The translations under genes were made by a program, and so were the position numbers. 64,000 bases of DNA from Azolla caroliniana (lineage: Eukaryota; Plantae; Polypodiophyta). The stretch spans positions 8,866,001-8,930,000 of the forward strand of contig JBHGNT010000006.1 in assembly GCA_043228905.1 (NCBI GenBank), given 5' to 3'. A model generated the notes under the pieces. The model was not told the origin of the DNA. It searched no databases and saw nothing but the letters and a program-made list of their open reading frames with translations. The first letter of the stretch is position 1. Each line of letters begins with the position of its first letter. Below, one piece after another: positions 34,877 to 49,968 of the stretch.

Positions 34877-36257
34877 CATTATGATAGCTTACGAGGGAAA
34901 TGAGATGGTGCAACATGGACTAATGTTTTTTAGAGATTGAGTTGAATCCACTATCCTTTATGCCTCGTTCCAATACATTATGCACATTACCACTAAAAGT
35001 TCATCACTCAAGGTAGACCATGGCTTTGGTGCACCTCTTATAACGAGGGGCATCTCTTGTTCCAGATCAAGCTTTATTGTTGTTTTTTACTACGCTCCAA
35101 TATTTGGTGAAATGGAATTGGTTCTCCATGGCTAAACCCACGCTTGGTACAAAATGTCTCCAAATGGTGGTGGTATTTGGTGACTCGTGGATGTGCATGG
35201 CCCACAAATGGACACATCATGCATATCACACACGTTCTTCTTCGATTGTTGTTTACGCCAACTTGATTTCTTCTTGTTGTACTCATCCAAACTCTTTTGC
35301 GTCGATTCATTCACTTCTTATCCAACTACTCTGTATTGACAACGAACCTAAGACTTTACTTATTATATTCGCAAAAGAGTTGAATATAATGAAAAGGTTC
35401 TATAATTTTAATGTTCTTTATTTTTCTTATCTCGGCCAACTCATAGCAAATATGAAGTTGATCAATATTGGTAGAATTTTCATCGCTACATGTGCGCAAA
35501 AAAAGGAGAGAGGTAGACTTAATACGAGTATAATAAAGGTCGCATCATCACCTTATTAATCCATCAAAAGGTTAAGAGGACCCGAATAGATTATTGCGAG
35601 ATTAAAAGAGATGACGATGTAAAGGTGAAGATTTTGTGGGTGCACATAACATATACATAAACGATAGAATAAATAAGCTTAATGTGTTGGAACTTGGATA
35701 GTATAAAATAGGTTGAAGGAAATGACAAGTTATGAATGCAAAATTATGTTGTGGCACTACTTTTTTATGAGTCGTATCACTCCAAGCTATCGATATATTG
35801 AACTCCAAGAAACTTGACTATCTTCATGTATCTAGACCTACAAAAGGAAGCCAAACGTTTTGCACATAAAATACAAATTAGAATAACAAACGACAATGCA
35901 TTAACTTTTAAAAAAAATCTTTTTAGCACTTTGCTTTTGCATGTTTTGAATGAACGTTGTTATCTTATGACATATACAAGATCCATGGTTGTAAGACGCC
36001 TTTATTGACAAGATGCATGAGCACATCTACTTTCCCAAGTGACTAAAGACGATTCGCTTTATTTACATAAACGGGGCCACACGAGACATGTTAAAATAAA
36101 ACAATATACATAAAGTATGCCAAGCATGCTTCATCTACCATTGTCCTTCTACCAATTGCTCCTAATTGGAGTAGGCAAGATGCTCATGAGCTAATGGAGT
36201 TGCTTCTCTTTGAAATAGGACTCATATAAGACTCTATTATGCTCATATTACGTGGTA

Positions 36258-36472
36258 CAATACAATAGTATGGCTACATTTTGAAAGTGTGAGTGTCCAT
36301 AACTTCAGTTAATGCTCATTGTTTTGAGTGCATAACCCTTGACTAGAAAGAACATGTGATGTGGCGGAATACAATAGTATGGTTAAATATTGAATGTGTG
36401 AGTGTCTATAACTTCAATTAATGCTCTCCTTTTTTGAATGCATAACCCTTGCCTAGATACAATGCGTGATGT
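36258..36472. repeat. Two-copy ~109-bp diverged tandem duplication
   Basis: AATACAATAGTATGG...TGCATAACCCTTG..TAGA..GTGATGT occurs twice in tandem. Confidence 0.7.
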
Positions 36473-36688
36473 ACAAAATCCTCTACAATCACAAAGAAAA
36501 TTTTATGTCTCCGATGAAGCTTCAATAGGTCAATGATGCAAACTTCATCAATTCATTCACATAATTTTTTTTTTGCTCTTCAATTTTACCATGATCTTGT
36601 TGTTGTCTAGATGTATAATGTCCATTTCGTCTTTAGTCATCTTCCTTCTCCATCTAATTCACTTAGATCCATAAATCATTACATATAA

Positions 36689-37127
36689 TGTAAAAGATAC
36701 GCGCGAAAGCGTTGCGCGAGACACAAAGTACACAGTCGGTTATTCGGCGATACAACAATTAGGTATACACAAAGATGAGATGCGAGAGAGACAGAGTGAG
36801 CATACAAAAACTTCTATTAGAAAGCATTCTCTGTTCTGTACATACAATGTGCTCATAGAGCACTTTTATACAAGCCCTAACGAGTGGGTTGACACAAGTA
36901 CTGACAAGTACTTGGATGCTCATTAACTGAGCTACTGACACTGGCAACCTATAATATTCCTATTTATTAAAATAGGAATAAAGGCCCTTAATGGCCTGTC
37001 AAATTCCATCCGACTCGACTAGCCAATCGACCCACGCTCGATTCGGCTCTCGGCTTATTTAGCCAATTCAGGCCTAGCTGATCGATCTTCATCCGATTCG
37101 GCCCATGTTGAGCTTGTTTGCTCAACA
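36689..37127 (-). mobile_element. Old solo LTR related to the copia A family
   Basis: Shares the end GTTGAGCTTG...CTCAACA and the motifs TTTATACAAG.CCTAA and ATGCTCA with the A LTRs. Flanks TATAA/TGCAA differ by two transitions. Confidence 0.7.
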
Positions 37128-37555
37128 TGCAATACCAACAAAGGGACCAATAGGTCGTGATAACATCTCAAACTTCTAGAACTGTATCGAAGAGGTCAAC
37201 AAATGCACAATCAATTTACCGATGTGCAAGTTTCTTCGTGCTCCAAAAATCTAACTGCCCCGCTACTAGATCAGTGAATCACAACAACCCCTTTGCGGGG
37301 CTGGAGCTTTTATTATTTAGCCTTGTGGCTGAGGCCTGTATGTAGCATATAGGAGGTGGATCTTTTCACTTAGCCTTGTGGATGTCGTCATGTCATGTGT
37401 ATGGTCTTTTCTAAGTTATTCGAGACGTTGGTTGTGATCTATGAGACGGGCGGGGCAAAGCCAAACCCATTGTGAGAGGAGCACGGAACCTACTTAGATC
37501 GTCTCTCGATTTTATGACTTTCCAAGGATATGGTGTAGACCACCAAGCCAATGCC

Positions 37556-37609
<54 letters not shown>

Positions 37610-37659
37610 TGATTTGGACTAAACCTCATCCTTAGAGAGATTAGGGGCGATTGAGATCC

Positions 37660-37712
37660 AGCCAATGAGAGGGGGCCATGTGGCAATCCAATCAGGACGT
37701 CCCACGTGGCAG
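37660..37712 (+). promoter_or_regulatory. Putative proximal promoter of the CAT gene: two CCAAT boxes and a G-box/ABRE
   Basis: CCAAT at 37662 and 37688; CACGTGGC at 37703-37710. Preceded by (GA)n 37557-37606 and followed by CT/CA tracts, 0.7 kb upstream of the ATG. Function is inferred. Confidence 0.45.
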
Positions 37713-37989
37713 GCGCCATTCCCGGAAACCGCCAAAAGCAAAAAAATTGAAAACCACCCTAACTCTTTTCCTAACCCCCCCCCCCCCCCCTCCCCCTTCT
37801 CTCTCTCTCTCTCTCTCTCTCTCTAGATCCTCTGTTTCCAACCCCTATCATGCATGAGAGTATGTATAGCATAAGAAGCAGTCTCTCTCTCTATCTCTCT
37901 CTCTCTACTTGGCCCAGTTTCCGATTCAATATGACAATATAAGGATAAAGACTCTCTCTATCTTACCCTCCTTCCAATTTAATAAGGAT

Positions 37990-38063
<74 letters not shown>

Positions 38064-38069
38064 CACTAG

Positions 38070-38117
<48 letters not shown>

Positions 38118-38178
38118 CTAGCTCTGTTTTTAATTGAAGAATGAAGGCAGGATAAACAGTCAGCCAGTCTCCCTCCCT

Positions 38179-38216
<38 letters not shown>

Positions 38217-38430
38217 TTGTTCTGTTTCCAGCTAAATAAGGTTTAAACATCCTCTCTCTCTCTCTCTCTTTTATTAATCCTCTCCTTCTGTCTTTATTTC
38301 TTCTTCATTCTGCTACAAAATTTGTCATTTCATCCCCTAAGCATATATATATATATATATATATAAGCAGTAGTTACATGCTTCCTGTCTTCTTCTTCTT
38401 CTTCTTCTTCTTCTTCTAGTTTCTTGTCCT

Positions 38431-41400
38431 ATGAGCTCAGATTATGAATATGAGCTTCTCTCCATCTCTGCAACACCAGAAGCAAGAGCAGAGTCAGACG
38501 CAAAAGCAAAAGCAAAAGCAGAAGAAAAGGAAGAAGAAGACGAGGAATTGAACAAGACCACATCTACTGGAAGGAATGGCAGCTATGCCGAATACATGAA
38601 GAACTGGAATATGATGAAAGCAGGGGATCCCTACACAGAGAAGAAGAAGGAGAAGAAGAACAAGTCTAGGAAAGGCAGCAGCAGTTTCGTGGATTTGAGG
38701 TCGTATGTGTGGGCATTATCTCAGACACATTCCCGACTGAGGCAGCGGGCGGGGAAGACATGGCCGATCGAGCACGAGCTCAACTCGCTACGCTCTCGGT
38801 CGGGGGCCCGGCTGCGCAAGACATTGGAGTGGGTGGACATGGTGTGCCTGGGCGTGGGGGGGATGGTGGGTGCCGGGGTGTTCGTGACAGCGGGTGTGGC
38901 GGCCCACGGACTGGCCGGCCCATCCCTCGTTCTCTCCTTCCTCTGCGCCGGCTTCTCGGCCCTCCTCTCCGCCTTCTGCTATGCTGAATTCTCTGTCCAA
39001 CTGCCTTCTGCTGGAGGGGCTTTCAGCTACATCCGCATCTCTCTAGGTGGGGGGCTCTTTTCTGCTCTTTTTTCTGTTGTGTTGGGGGTCAATTTTAAAC
39101 CACACACAAAACCTTAAAAATCCTGAGTGTGTGTGTGTGTGCTCACAAAACTACTTAGGTACCCCCACAGTTGCTTGTTTTTCACAAATTGCCAGGATGC
39201 CCCTTAACCCTTAAATCTTGTTTTTGGATATGACATATGTTTTGATCCAATTCTCTCTCTCTCTCTCTCTCTCGGCATCTGACTTTTTGGATATTTACTC
39301 AAATACCCCTTCCACTCTCTATAGCCTATCTCTACTACATAGTAGAGATATGTGTTCTAGCCATCTTGGATGGATTGGGGCAGGGGGGGGAGGCATGCTT
39401 GTAAGCTAGCTTGTGATTATGGAATCCTTGACCTAGTGCTATGTTCTGCTTGCATTACTAACTTAATTCTTTCATCTTGTCCGCGGTGTACGGGATGATG
39501 GTACTTTAGGCGAGTTTGCGGCCTACATCACGGGAGCAAACTTGTTGTTAGAATACGTAATCTCGAATGCGGCCGTGGCGCGCACGTTCACATCGTACCT
39601 TGCCACGATCTTTGGATATGATGGAAGGATATGGCTTATCAAGTTCCCCGGATTCGTAGAAGGAAGCCACTATTTGCTTGATTTTCCGGCATTCGGCCTT
39701 GTTTCAATGCTCACCGTCTGCATATGCTTAAGGTAAGCTCCTAATCATACCAAGAAAGTCTTGGCTTGTGCCACTGACTACTCAGGATACAAGGTTTTAT
39801 TATCATGTTCCCAGCAATTCAGGGCCACAAAAGCAACACCTGGATGCAAATTACCTTTGTCTTGGTTCTGCACAGATTCCTATTCACAACATGAATCATT
39901 GGATTCTTCATCTGATGGATTCTTTTTCTTACGCAGTACGAAACGCAGTTCTCGCCTCAACATTCTCATGACCTTGCTTCATGTTGCATTGATCCTCTTC
40001 ATCATGGTAGCTGGATTTTGGAACGGGAAAGCTCGGAACTTAACTCACCCGGGGAACCCTAGCCACAATGCAGGGTTTTTCCCCTTCGGTATAGGCGGGG
40101 TTTTGGAAGGTGCAGCCGTGGTCTACTTCAGCTTCATTGGCTACGATTCCGTGTCCACCATGGCCGAAGAAGTCAAGAATCCATCGAGGAACATGCCGAT
40201 CGGCATAGCTGGGTCTGTGGTTCTCGTGACCGTTCTCTATTGCGCGATGGCTATGGCATTAACGCTGGTCTTACCTTATGATGAGGTATAAAAAAACATA
40301 GATATCTGGTAAAATGAGCTCATGGAAATCGGGACCCAATCGATAACAGATAATGATTTAATGATTTGTGTTGGATTAGATAGATAGATGTTGATGCGCC
40401 GTTTGCCAAAGCTTTCCGGAGTGTGGTGGGGTGGACATGTGTGTCGAACATAGTGGGGATCGGAGCATGTCTTGGGATTCTGACCTCTTTGTTGGTGGCA
40501 ATGCTAGGGCAAGCTCGCTACCTTTGTGTCATAGCCCGAGCCCGTCTCGTCCCCGCATGGTTAGCAAAGGTCAACACGGCAACGGGCACACCCGTCCGAT
40601 CCTCGGTCTTCTTAGGTAAATCGATCAGTCTTTACATACCACCATTGCAATTATTCTGGTCTTCCTCAATCCTTCCTGTGTGTTAATGTGTTCTTCCATA
40701 TCCCCCCCCTGATTCTCTCCACGCAAATGCAGGTGCATTGACATCCACCCTGGCATTGGTGGTGGATTCGGCCATTCTTGTAGACCTTGTATCGATCGGA
40801 ACACTCTTCGTCTTCTACATGGTAGCCAATGCCTTGATCTTCAGGCGGCACGTGGTACCAGGTGTGACAAATCCATGGCCGACATCCCTGTTTCTCGTCG
40901 CGACAACACTTCTCTCTGTAGGATTCATTGCAATCCTTCGATCTGTGGAAACCTCAGCTAATCACTATCCTAATCGATCGTTAAGTGTCCTAGGTCTTGT
41001 CGCGTGTGGTGCAGGCATAATTGTGGCCACCATGATCTTCTGGGCGTGTGTGCCGACCGTTAAACCAGCCATTGTAGGGTCAGGGTCTGGTGACCGACTC
41101 TGGAGAGCTCCTTGTATGCCATGGCTTGCCGTCTTCTCTATCTTCGTGAATGTGGTGTTGGCTGGGTCTTTGAATCGACAAGCTTTCTCTAGGTTTGGGA
41201 TATGGACACTCATAGCTCTTCTCTTCTATGTAGGATATGGCATTCATGCTGCCCATGATGCAGAAGAAGAAGAAGAAAAAGAAGAAGAAGAAGAAGAAGA
41301 AGAAGAAGAAGAAGAATCAAAAGTAATAGCCATGGCTGATAATCTACTCTTAGAAGAAGAATGCACATTGTTAGATGTGCCATTTCCCCTGTCTCATGTG

Positions 41401-41436
41401 GAGATGAAGGTGGATCCATGTATATTTGTGTATTGA
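38431..41436 (+). CDS. CAT: Cationic amino acid transporter (APC family, CAT6/CAT7-like), 707 aa
   Basis: Exons 38431-39046, 39510-39732, 39937-40285, 40384-40615 and 40733-41436; all GT-AG and phase-consistent (2124 nt). Motifs LGVGGMVGAGVFV, CYAEF..PSAGGAFSY, YFSFIGYDSVSTMAEEVKNP, LVSIGTLFVFYMVA. Confidence 0.93.
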
Positions 41437-44400
41437 TCAATCTGTGCTTCATTTCTCTTACATACATACATACATACATACATAACATACATACATTCAC
41501 ATTGCATTCATGTTTGAAAGAGGCAAAAGTAGGATTTGAACTCGCGATGGTCTGTAAACTTCATTTTTTGTTGGTTAAATTGATTGCTTCTCATTCATAA
41601 ACATTGCACTTTGAACCCATTCCTCTGTCAAAATATGAGACTCAATAACCATAAGGAGTGGTTTTTGGCCGGTCAAGTAAGGACCTTATGGTAGTGAGCA
41701 CAATAACTTAAGCACTAGGTCTCTAGACTCTAAGAAAGAATGGCCTATAGAATGGGGCTCAACATCTAGCATTATTGACTTTGAAACACTCATGTATATT
41801 TTCTCGAATTGGTTCGTGCACACGTTGTTCAGTGAATGAATACATGGATGATATATCCCATTACTCTTTTGGACTATATAACATATACATAGCCAACTTG
41901 CTTCTCTTTTCCAATGAATAATGGAGTCTCTACATGTTGCTTCCCTTTTAGCATGTCCTTTTTATCTAGCTAGTTTGGTTTTGGTGGAATACTACTAGAT
42001 GCCATATTTTTTGGCCTTCGTTACGGGCTTGAACAACAATGCAAAGAGTTCAAACATCATGGAATTGTGGATTGAATGCATCACAAAAAGATATAGGGTT
42101 CCATGTCCTTGTTCTCTTTCTCTCTCTCTCTCTCTCTCTCTAATGTCTATGTTCATTGTTTGTGCATTATACTTCCAAGTGCAAGAAAACCTTTAAGAAC
42201 AATTATCACGTAAATGCTTTCACAATATCATGCATTTCATACACGTGTAACTTTTACGTATGTGGACGCAACGTTCAATAAATGGTTGTTTTCATTGGGT
42301 TTATTCACCCAAAGCCATTAAAAGTTTTTGGACTTCACTAAACATTTCTTGAGGAGGAGCAAGTTTTGATAGAAATATATGGGTTCAGAATTTATAATTC
42401 ATTTAAAGCTGCAACGATGTTCCCTAAAACCTAGCATTCAAACATTTCTTTTAGAGTGTTAATTAACTAATGTAACTATTGAGACGTCCAATATGGATAT
42501 TTTTTGATGGTAAGATTAACATGTAACCTACGAAGGCTCAATATTACTTTAATACATAAGATCTTGCTTGTTTTACATACAAGTGGGTTACATAAATATA
42601 AAGGGATATGAGCATAATTTGCTAATTGAGTCCAATGTCTTGTTATAATGTCAAACTCAAGCTTCATATTTGTGAAAGGGTGTTTGGTTCCCTTTCCCCA
42701 CCAAGATGAGTTAAAGTTTGCAAGGCTTGTTAGGTGCATGAGATATATTAAACAAAAAATTCCCAAAGACATTATACCAAAGGTTGTTTCTAGTACAAAA
42801 CGGCCATGTCCAGTTCATAAGTTAGAAACGAAATTAACTTTATTTGATTCGAAAGGTGTATAAAAATTCAATAAATTTTCATCGAAAACAAACCTTCTAG
42901 AGTGATTAACTTGTTTAAACGTTTGGTGTATTATAAATTTTTGGCAATGATAAACTATTACTTATGTACGTTGACTTATATTGTTTGCCTTGGAACATAG
43001 AAATGATGAAACATATTTACTTGGGGAGTGAATATCCCTAATAAACTTTTGTTTGAATGCTTCCACTTGACTATATTAACCGAGGAAAAGTTTCTCTTTT
43101 TTGAAGGATAATAGGTCATTCGATGTGTTCATGCATCGTTTAGGATCTAACAATGTTTGGTCGAATGCCCAAATGGTGTCCTTCTCACAAGAAAGCCATG
43201 TAGATAGTTGTTTAAAAAGATCACAAATATCATATCGAATGTAGAGCACATGAATGCCCACAGGTCATTTACGGTTAGTTCTCTCCCTCTCTAGACTCCC
43301 TACATGTGCATTATAGTTCCTAATACTAGGTTGGTAATGGTTTACGAAAACTATTCTATTGTGAAATTGATATCCAACAATATTCTAATAACAATAGATT
43401 TATATGATTAGGAAGCTTATGACTTGAACAACCAAAAGGCTAAGGGTATAACTTCAAAGTCTACCCTATATTTTTTTCAATCAAATTGAGTTATGACAAT
43501 ACTATAATTTTCGTTTTCTCATACAAGAAGTTTTTAGAATGATGTAGGATTTTGCAAATGCATTTCTTCTGCCATTAATAATAGTGTCATGGTTTTTGAG
43601 AACCCACAATAGATTCATATCAAAGTTTACTTTTCAGAATAGAACTCACAATCTTTTGTCATGAAAACATTTAAAGTGTACTTATTTGAGTTAGAAATGC
43701 AAAACATATGCTTATTTATTCAAATGTAGCTATAAAATCAGCAACATGATTATAATAATCTTAATTAGTCTAACATCTTGTTGAAATGATTAAAGTTTTT
43801 AAATCTTTGCAATCCATTAAGTTAGGACATGTTCACTTTCTAATTAGATACCAATGAGTAATTACAATTCATATGTAACTCACTTCTTTCTTCTTGTGTA
43901 TAAATACTCAATAGTGTCAAATATACTAACATTAATATAGATTGATGTGCTTGATTCTTCGTTTTCATTTTCATGTGATCAAGTGCCTCCAATTTGAACA
44001 AGCCAATGTATGCCATTTTTGGCAAAAATACGCACTCAGTAATTTCTGATCATGCATCACACAAACCTATTTCTGGAATTCTATATTGCCAATGTTAAAA
44101 TTAGTTCATTCCATAGAACCACGATATCAAAAACTTCGTAACTATGTTCATGAAAATTACACAGAGTTGAATCAATGTCAAATTTCTTGCGAAGCATTTG
44201 GGGTATACAATTATCCTAAACCTTCAGAGAAACCAACCTGGACATGGGATTTACATGCTTCTAGGTACCCTTAATAACATGACATTAATTTACTTCTCCA
44301 TTTTTTTATGCATTCGCTAAAAACATGGTGACCTCTGTCTGTTTTGGAGTTTAATACAAAAAGGATAATTTCTCACAGAACATGCCTATAAAAGATGGGC

Positions 44401-44723
44401 TTAAAATCACAAAAGGGATTGCATATAACCAACAAAAAGCTCACCAACACATACAAATTTCCTGTATTATGGTTATAGCCACAACTCTTGATGCACTCGT
44501 ATAATAGTTACTTCACTTGATGATGCCTTTGCCTCATCATTTCTTTTTCATCAGAGATAATTTGTTTGTATGCATGGTGTGACATGAGTTGGCACAAAGT
44601 CACATGGCTGGATGTTATACAAAAATGATGATAATGGTAACAGCATTTACTAAAGCAAAAACTCCAAATAAACAACTACGATAAAGAAACACTAGTCATT
44701 ACTAGCTATGGTCGTCATTATGA

Positions 44724-47700
44724 CTAGTTATGGTCATTATTTTCTTCGGCATCTGAGTTTCCAGCACCATCTCCACCTACATCTTCACCACGCAAATCGG
44801 TACCATAATTTGCCCATGGTAAAAATGATTGGAAAAACATGAGCACTGCATTACGTTGTAATGCACGAACATTATCATTATTGTTGTTATCATTATCATC
44901 ACCCGCATGACCTGCACGCAGAACGGCATCGATAGCCACGGCAAGTTCATTTTGATCACCACGGAACTCCATGTTTGGCATTTCTTCTGGTGGCAATGGT
45001 GGCGCAGTATCGGAGAACTCAGAGAAATGAAGATGGCGATACCTGAACGAGAAAGAACAAATGAAAATTCAAAAGATGTATATAATATATGCTTTGAGGT
45101 ATAGAAGACTTTATTGGGCTATATATACACACATGCAAAGCACTCTGATGCATTCCCTCTTTATTCTGCAAACAATAATGAAGAATAAAACTTTATATTA
45201 CCTATTTAGAGAAACAGGAAAGTAAGATGAATGGTGAGTAAGGTTTAGGTTTAAATATTAATCTTCTATTCACATCCTTTTAGGGTTTCATACGATATAA
45301 TTTGCCCAATTATTTATACTTGATGAGTTATTGGGTTTCTCAGTTATATTTTTACTATCTCGGATATAGTATTGAAGAATCTTTATATACACAATTGGAA
45401 TATGAATATAATACATTTCAATGAGATTTGTATGTATAGACAAGCTCTACACACATGGTGTGGAATATAAAAATTACATGTTTCAATTGCATGGTATTTG
45501 CTACTTTCCAATGAATAAGGTCTACATAGACATGTGGAATACGAAATGAACATGTTTAAATGAGATTTCACAGTACTTGTCACGTTGAGATGAACATGCT
45601 CTATACACATGGTGTAGAATACAAAAAAACATGTTTCGATGAGTTTCCATATGGTACATACTAGTTACTTTGCAACAAAAGGCTCTCTGTACACATGGGT
45701 GCGGAATTGACATGTATCACACGTTCCAACAGTTAGATCATTTTTTGGTATTGTGATATAAAAGAACTTACTCGTTACTCTCCGATGAGAAAGTCTCTTG
45801 ACGAACGCAATCCCAGTTTGCTAGCTCTCCACTATCAGTCTCTGCGGCATTGATGACAGCTGAGGCGGCAACCTTCAAGTGAGCTTGCAAATCCGGAACC
45901 CTCCATATCAAGTAGTTCCTTTCAACATAGAGATTTAATAAGTGCTCTAATGAAGGACCTCCTGGTGTCGCTTTCTTAAAATGAGGATGCTTCAATATCC
46001 TCCCCCATTCACTATCCTCTTTGATTGGAGCCTTGTCCACCACTTTACGGAGAATAGCCGGATGAAGCATCAAGGCTTGCCTTAGGAGTGAATGAGATGA
46101 TACCACTTCCCCTTGCACCACCGAATCATGATTAATATCTTTCTTTTCCTTTTGTTGTTGTTCAAGATAGAATCTCGCGACTCCCGATGAAAGTGAGAAG
46201 TTTGGTAGTAGCCAAAGGGCGGTGTCATTGCTGTAGCTGTCGATAAACCACTCTAGCCATTCATATTGTTCTGCTCTCAATGCAAAATAGTCTATCAGAA
46301 AGAGTGCTCCGAGGGGATCATCAGCATCCATCGACAGGATGAGTTTGCATACTTCCAGAGCTGAACGATGACAACCTCTTCTACCCAGATGTTGCATATG
46401 CTTAAAAAGTGCCGAGAAGAACACTTTGTTTGTATCACATGCAAATGGTAACCTACAAAGCCCATTGAATGGATTGAATAGAGGATGCCATGCACACTCC
46501 ATTGCAAATATGCATCTCTCAAGGCATTCAACGGATTGTTGATACTCCCCAAGCTGCTTGTAAACCTCTGATAATGATACAAGAGACTCCAAATGATACG
46601 GATGCTGAGCTAGAAGCATAGCAATTGTATTTGGGTCATATGAAGCGCCAGATAACTCATACCTCTTTTGTGTTTCTATATATGAAGGAGAGTAAGTATA
46701 CCTGTGATGTAAACCACATTTAGCAAAAGAGAGAACCTAAATCCATATACGTTTTAGGGACTTGTATGAGAATTCATCTAATCTCCTTTCAATAATGCCA
46801 TCTAATAAACTAGAACAATAATTACAAGCTTAGAGAGTGCAGAAATCTCACTTGAATTCTTGTAAACCATCTTTAACACTTGTTTGCTCCATAGAGATAC
46901 TATTATCCCAAGAGGGCCAATAATCTTTGGGTGTCACAAGGACAGTTTTCCTCAACAAATTCCCCCGTCCTATCTTTCGATTCATACCTTGCCTCCGTCT
47001 TGTCCCTCCAGAGTTACCATAGTTGCTGCGTTCTACAGCATTGATTACTTTGGACCCAAAAATGCGTTTCAACTCATCTTCTGCCCTCAGATGTTTGGTA
47101 TCAACAACCAATGGTGCTTTATTTGATTTAGAAGCAATTAACAATACTCTACTTTGCGACTCTGTAGATATACTTGATGATGAGGCAGCAACCTCTTTTT
47201 CACTCACTGTAAAAACTTTCAAAAGTTGATCAACATCATCATCATCACCATCCTCATCATCATCATCATCTGCTGGAGTTTCTGATACTGAGTTCTTTCC
47301 TTTCTTCTTTTTCTTCTTCTTCTTCTTTGATTTTCTAGATGCTCCTTGTACTGGGGCTGTTGGCTTTTCGTGCACGACACTCTCCATTGCATCAATCAAC
47401 TCTTCCAGTTCATCTTGTTCATCCTTAACAAATAAATCATGAAAAATAGTTTCAAATTAATTGAACTATTATTGATAAAATAGAATTTGCAGCAACATTA
47501 CATGTGATTGCTTTCCTTTTCTCCTCACAGAATACAAATAAAAGCTTTAGAGAATGAAATTATAGTAAGCTATTAAGATATTTACAATAATAAAAACAGA
47601 AGGACATGGGAAATCTCATTGAGTGTAGCGTGATTCAAAAGCACATAAATTACAATATATAAGACTTAATAGTGTGCAAAAATGAACTTCTGATTAGGAA

Positions 47701-48985
47701 GGCCTTGATAAAAAGAAAACATTAGAAAGATGCAAACTAAAAGTTGAAAAGTACACAACCATTTCTCAACCAAGCCACACCTTTGTCTATACCATGCCAC
47801 TGAAGGGATAAGTGCATTTTTGTGACACACACAAATCTTCTGGATGGAAACACATATCCTTGGACATGTTCAGGTGAAGCTGTAATAATTATAGTGCATG
47901 AGACAAACTGTCACAATGGAAACCCTTATTGTTGGACACGTTTGGGTGAAACAAAAATGATTAACTATGGAGCATAACTTTGGTAAGTGAATTGAGAACC
48001 AAGGCATGCAAAGTCAAGACAACCATTACAATATTGGATATCAATTTCAATATCTTGAAAACAGGGGAAAAGGCTCGAAAATAATCTATGGAAGATGGAA
48101 GTGGCTGTTTCCACGACCAGCTGTGCTATTGTGTTAAAGTTTGGATTCTTTAACAATATCTCAATAATTCTCACCATGTTGTTATTCAATAGTTCCCACC
48201 ACACTATTCTCCTAAAATTTGGATTCTGTAATGTTAGCTTCATTGTTCTCACCATACTATTTTTGCATTCAACATCCGCTAAATGGTTCCATCACAATGG
48301 TATTGCACTGAATTAGATTCTTTCAGTGTTACCAAAATAGTTCTACTACCATGATTGTGAGCAGATTTTGAATTCTTCAAACATTAGCTCAATAGTTTTC
48401 ACCATGATATTATACTAGATTTGAATTCTTTGACTTTGGAATATTAGCTCCATAGTACTATTAGCTTGGTATTGTACTAAATTTTCATTAGGCATAAGAT
48501 TAGATAGATAGTTCTGACTTCTCACAATGCTGATGTAGTAACTTTCCATTCTTCACCATTGCCTCAATAGTTTTTACCGTGCTCTGTGTTAGATTTGGAT
48601 TCTTAATATTAGGTTCAGTAGTTTTGTTATGTTACTTTAAAAGCACTTAATCCATGGAAGTTGCAACCAAACTCAGAAGATGCAAAACGACACATATTAA
48701 ATCATGCATAAAAGCATCAAAAGAATGACTTTCTACAGATCTATGTACACCACTTAAACTCACAAGTTTAATTAATCAGATAAAGAAGAAAAATATTACT
48801 GTGATTTCAAGCAGATCGAAGGAATTGCTGATTGTTTCTGTTCTCTGATTTTCTAAATACTTTTCTTCATCTTCATCTCCTTCTCCTTCTCCTTCTCCTT
48901 CTTCTTCTTCTCGTGGAGGTACAGTACCATGAAGCTTCAATTTCTGCTGGCTCCGCAGAGCGCGTTGAAGCATACGAGCAGACAT
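44724..48985 (-). CDS. TCF25: TCF25/Rqc1 (DUF654) ribosome quality control factor, 668 aa
   Basis: Exons 48985-48800, 47423-46852, 46701-45772 and 45042-44724; all GT-AG and phase-consistent (2007 nt). Motifs KKKKKKKK, LRAEDELKRIFGSK, HPYHLESL, RRGCHRSALEVCKLILSMD.DDPLG, FFQSFLPW. Confidence 0.93.
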
Positions 48986-49968
48986 CGCTGTGTCATTCAA
49001 TGCTCTCCTGTTTTTGTTAATTTTGTTTTTCCTCTGTTTTTCTTCTCAGATTTCCATTGATTTCATTGAGCTTCTTCTTCTTCTTCTTCTTCTTCTTTGT
49101 GTGGCCTGGGCGTTCTCTTAAGTCATAAGGGCGATCCATTTCACACTAGTGGAAAGAATAAAAACTTGATCTTCTCGCGAGGTTCCCGCGTATTTCTGAA
49201 TGTGTCTATCGGCACAAAAATCATACACAATGCTCATCTAGACGCATGTTGTGCCCCATGTGTGCTCTTGAATAATGTCCGAGATTTGTTCTGCACTTAT
49301 ATATATCCACGGTGGGAAGCTATTCTTTCTTCTCTTTATTGTAGTTTCAATGTTCTCTCTCTCTCTCTCTCTGTGTCATCTATGTTTATTTGCATGCATT
49401 TTAGGGTTTTATAATGCCACCAAAATTTGTGTATGATGCTCTATGCATGTCTTTATCTTGGGTAGAAATCGTGCCTTTATTTGTGACCATGTTCAGAGGC
49501 ATAAGAATGCCTTAGTTTCCATTCACATCCACCCAACTAAGGAAGCTTTTGTTGCAAATTTGTATTTTCTCTTGGAATTGAATGTGTCCCTAAGGAAACA
49601 AAATCATATTATTGATCTATAGTCATAAACTAAGTCATGTCATGAGAAGAATTGTATAATTGTGTGGGTGTGATTTGTGGATTTTAAATCTAGGGAAATG
49701 CGTAGAGTTTTTTTAACTTGATCATGATGACATAATTTTAAGTGAACTTAAATGACATGAGTGTCTACAAGGAAATATAAAGATGATATTACAAGAAGAT
49801 GAAATTTTGGATTAAACATTACTAGCACACAAATATACACAAGGAATCAAGGAGTAAGATATATTTAACATAAGGACAATGTCAAAAGAAGATAAATGAG
49901 TGAATGAAACAAGGGTTGGCGCACAAAGGGCCCACGACTCCCGTTGCACCGAAATAATTCAATGAGAA

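Noticed and set aside
42300-43300. Possible KDZ- or CACTA-type transposase remnant (RYDICD)
   Set aside because: A single weak motif in AT-rich decayed sequence; needs a profile search.
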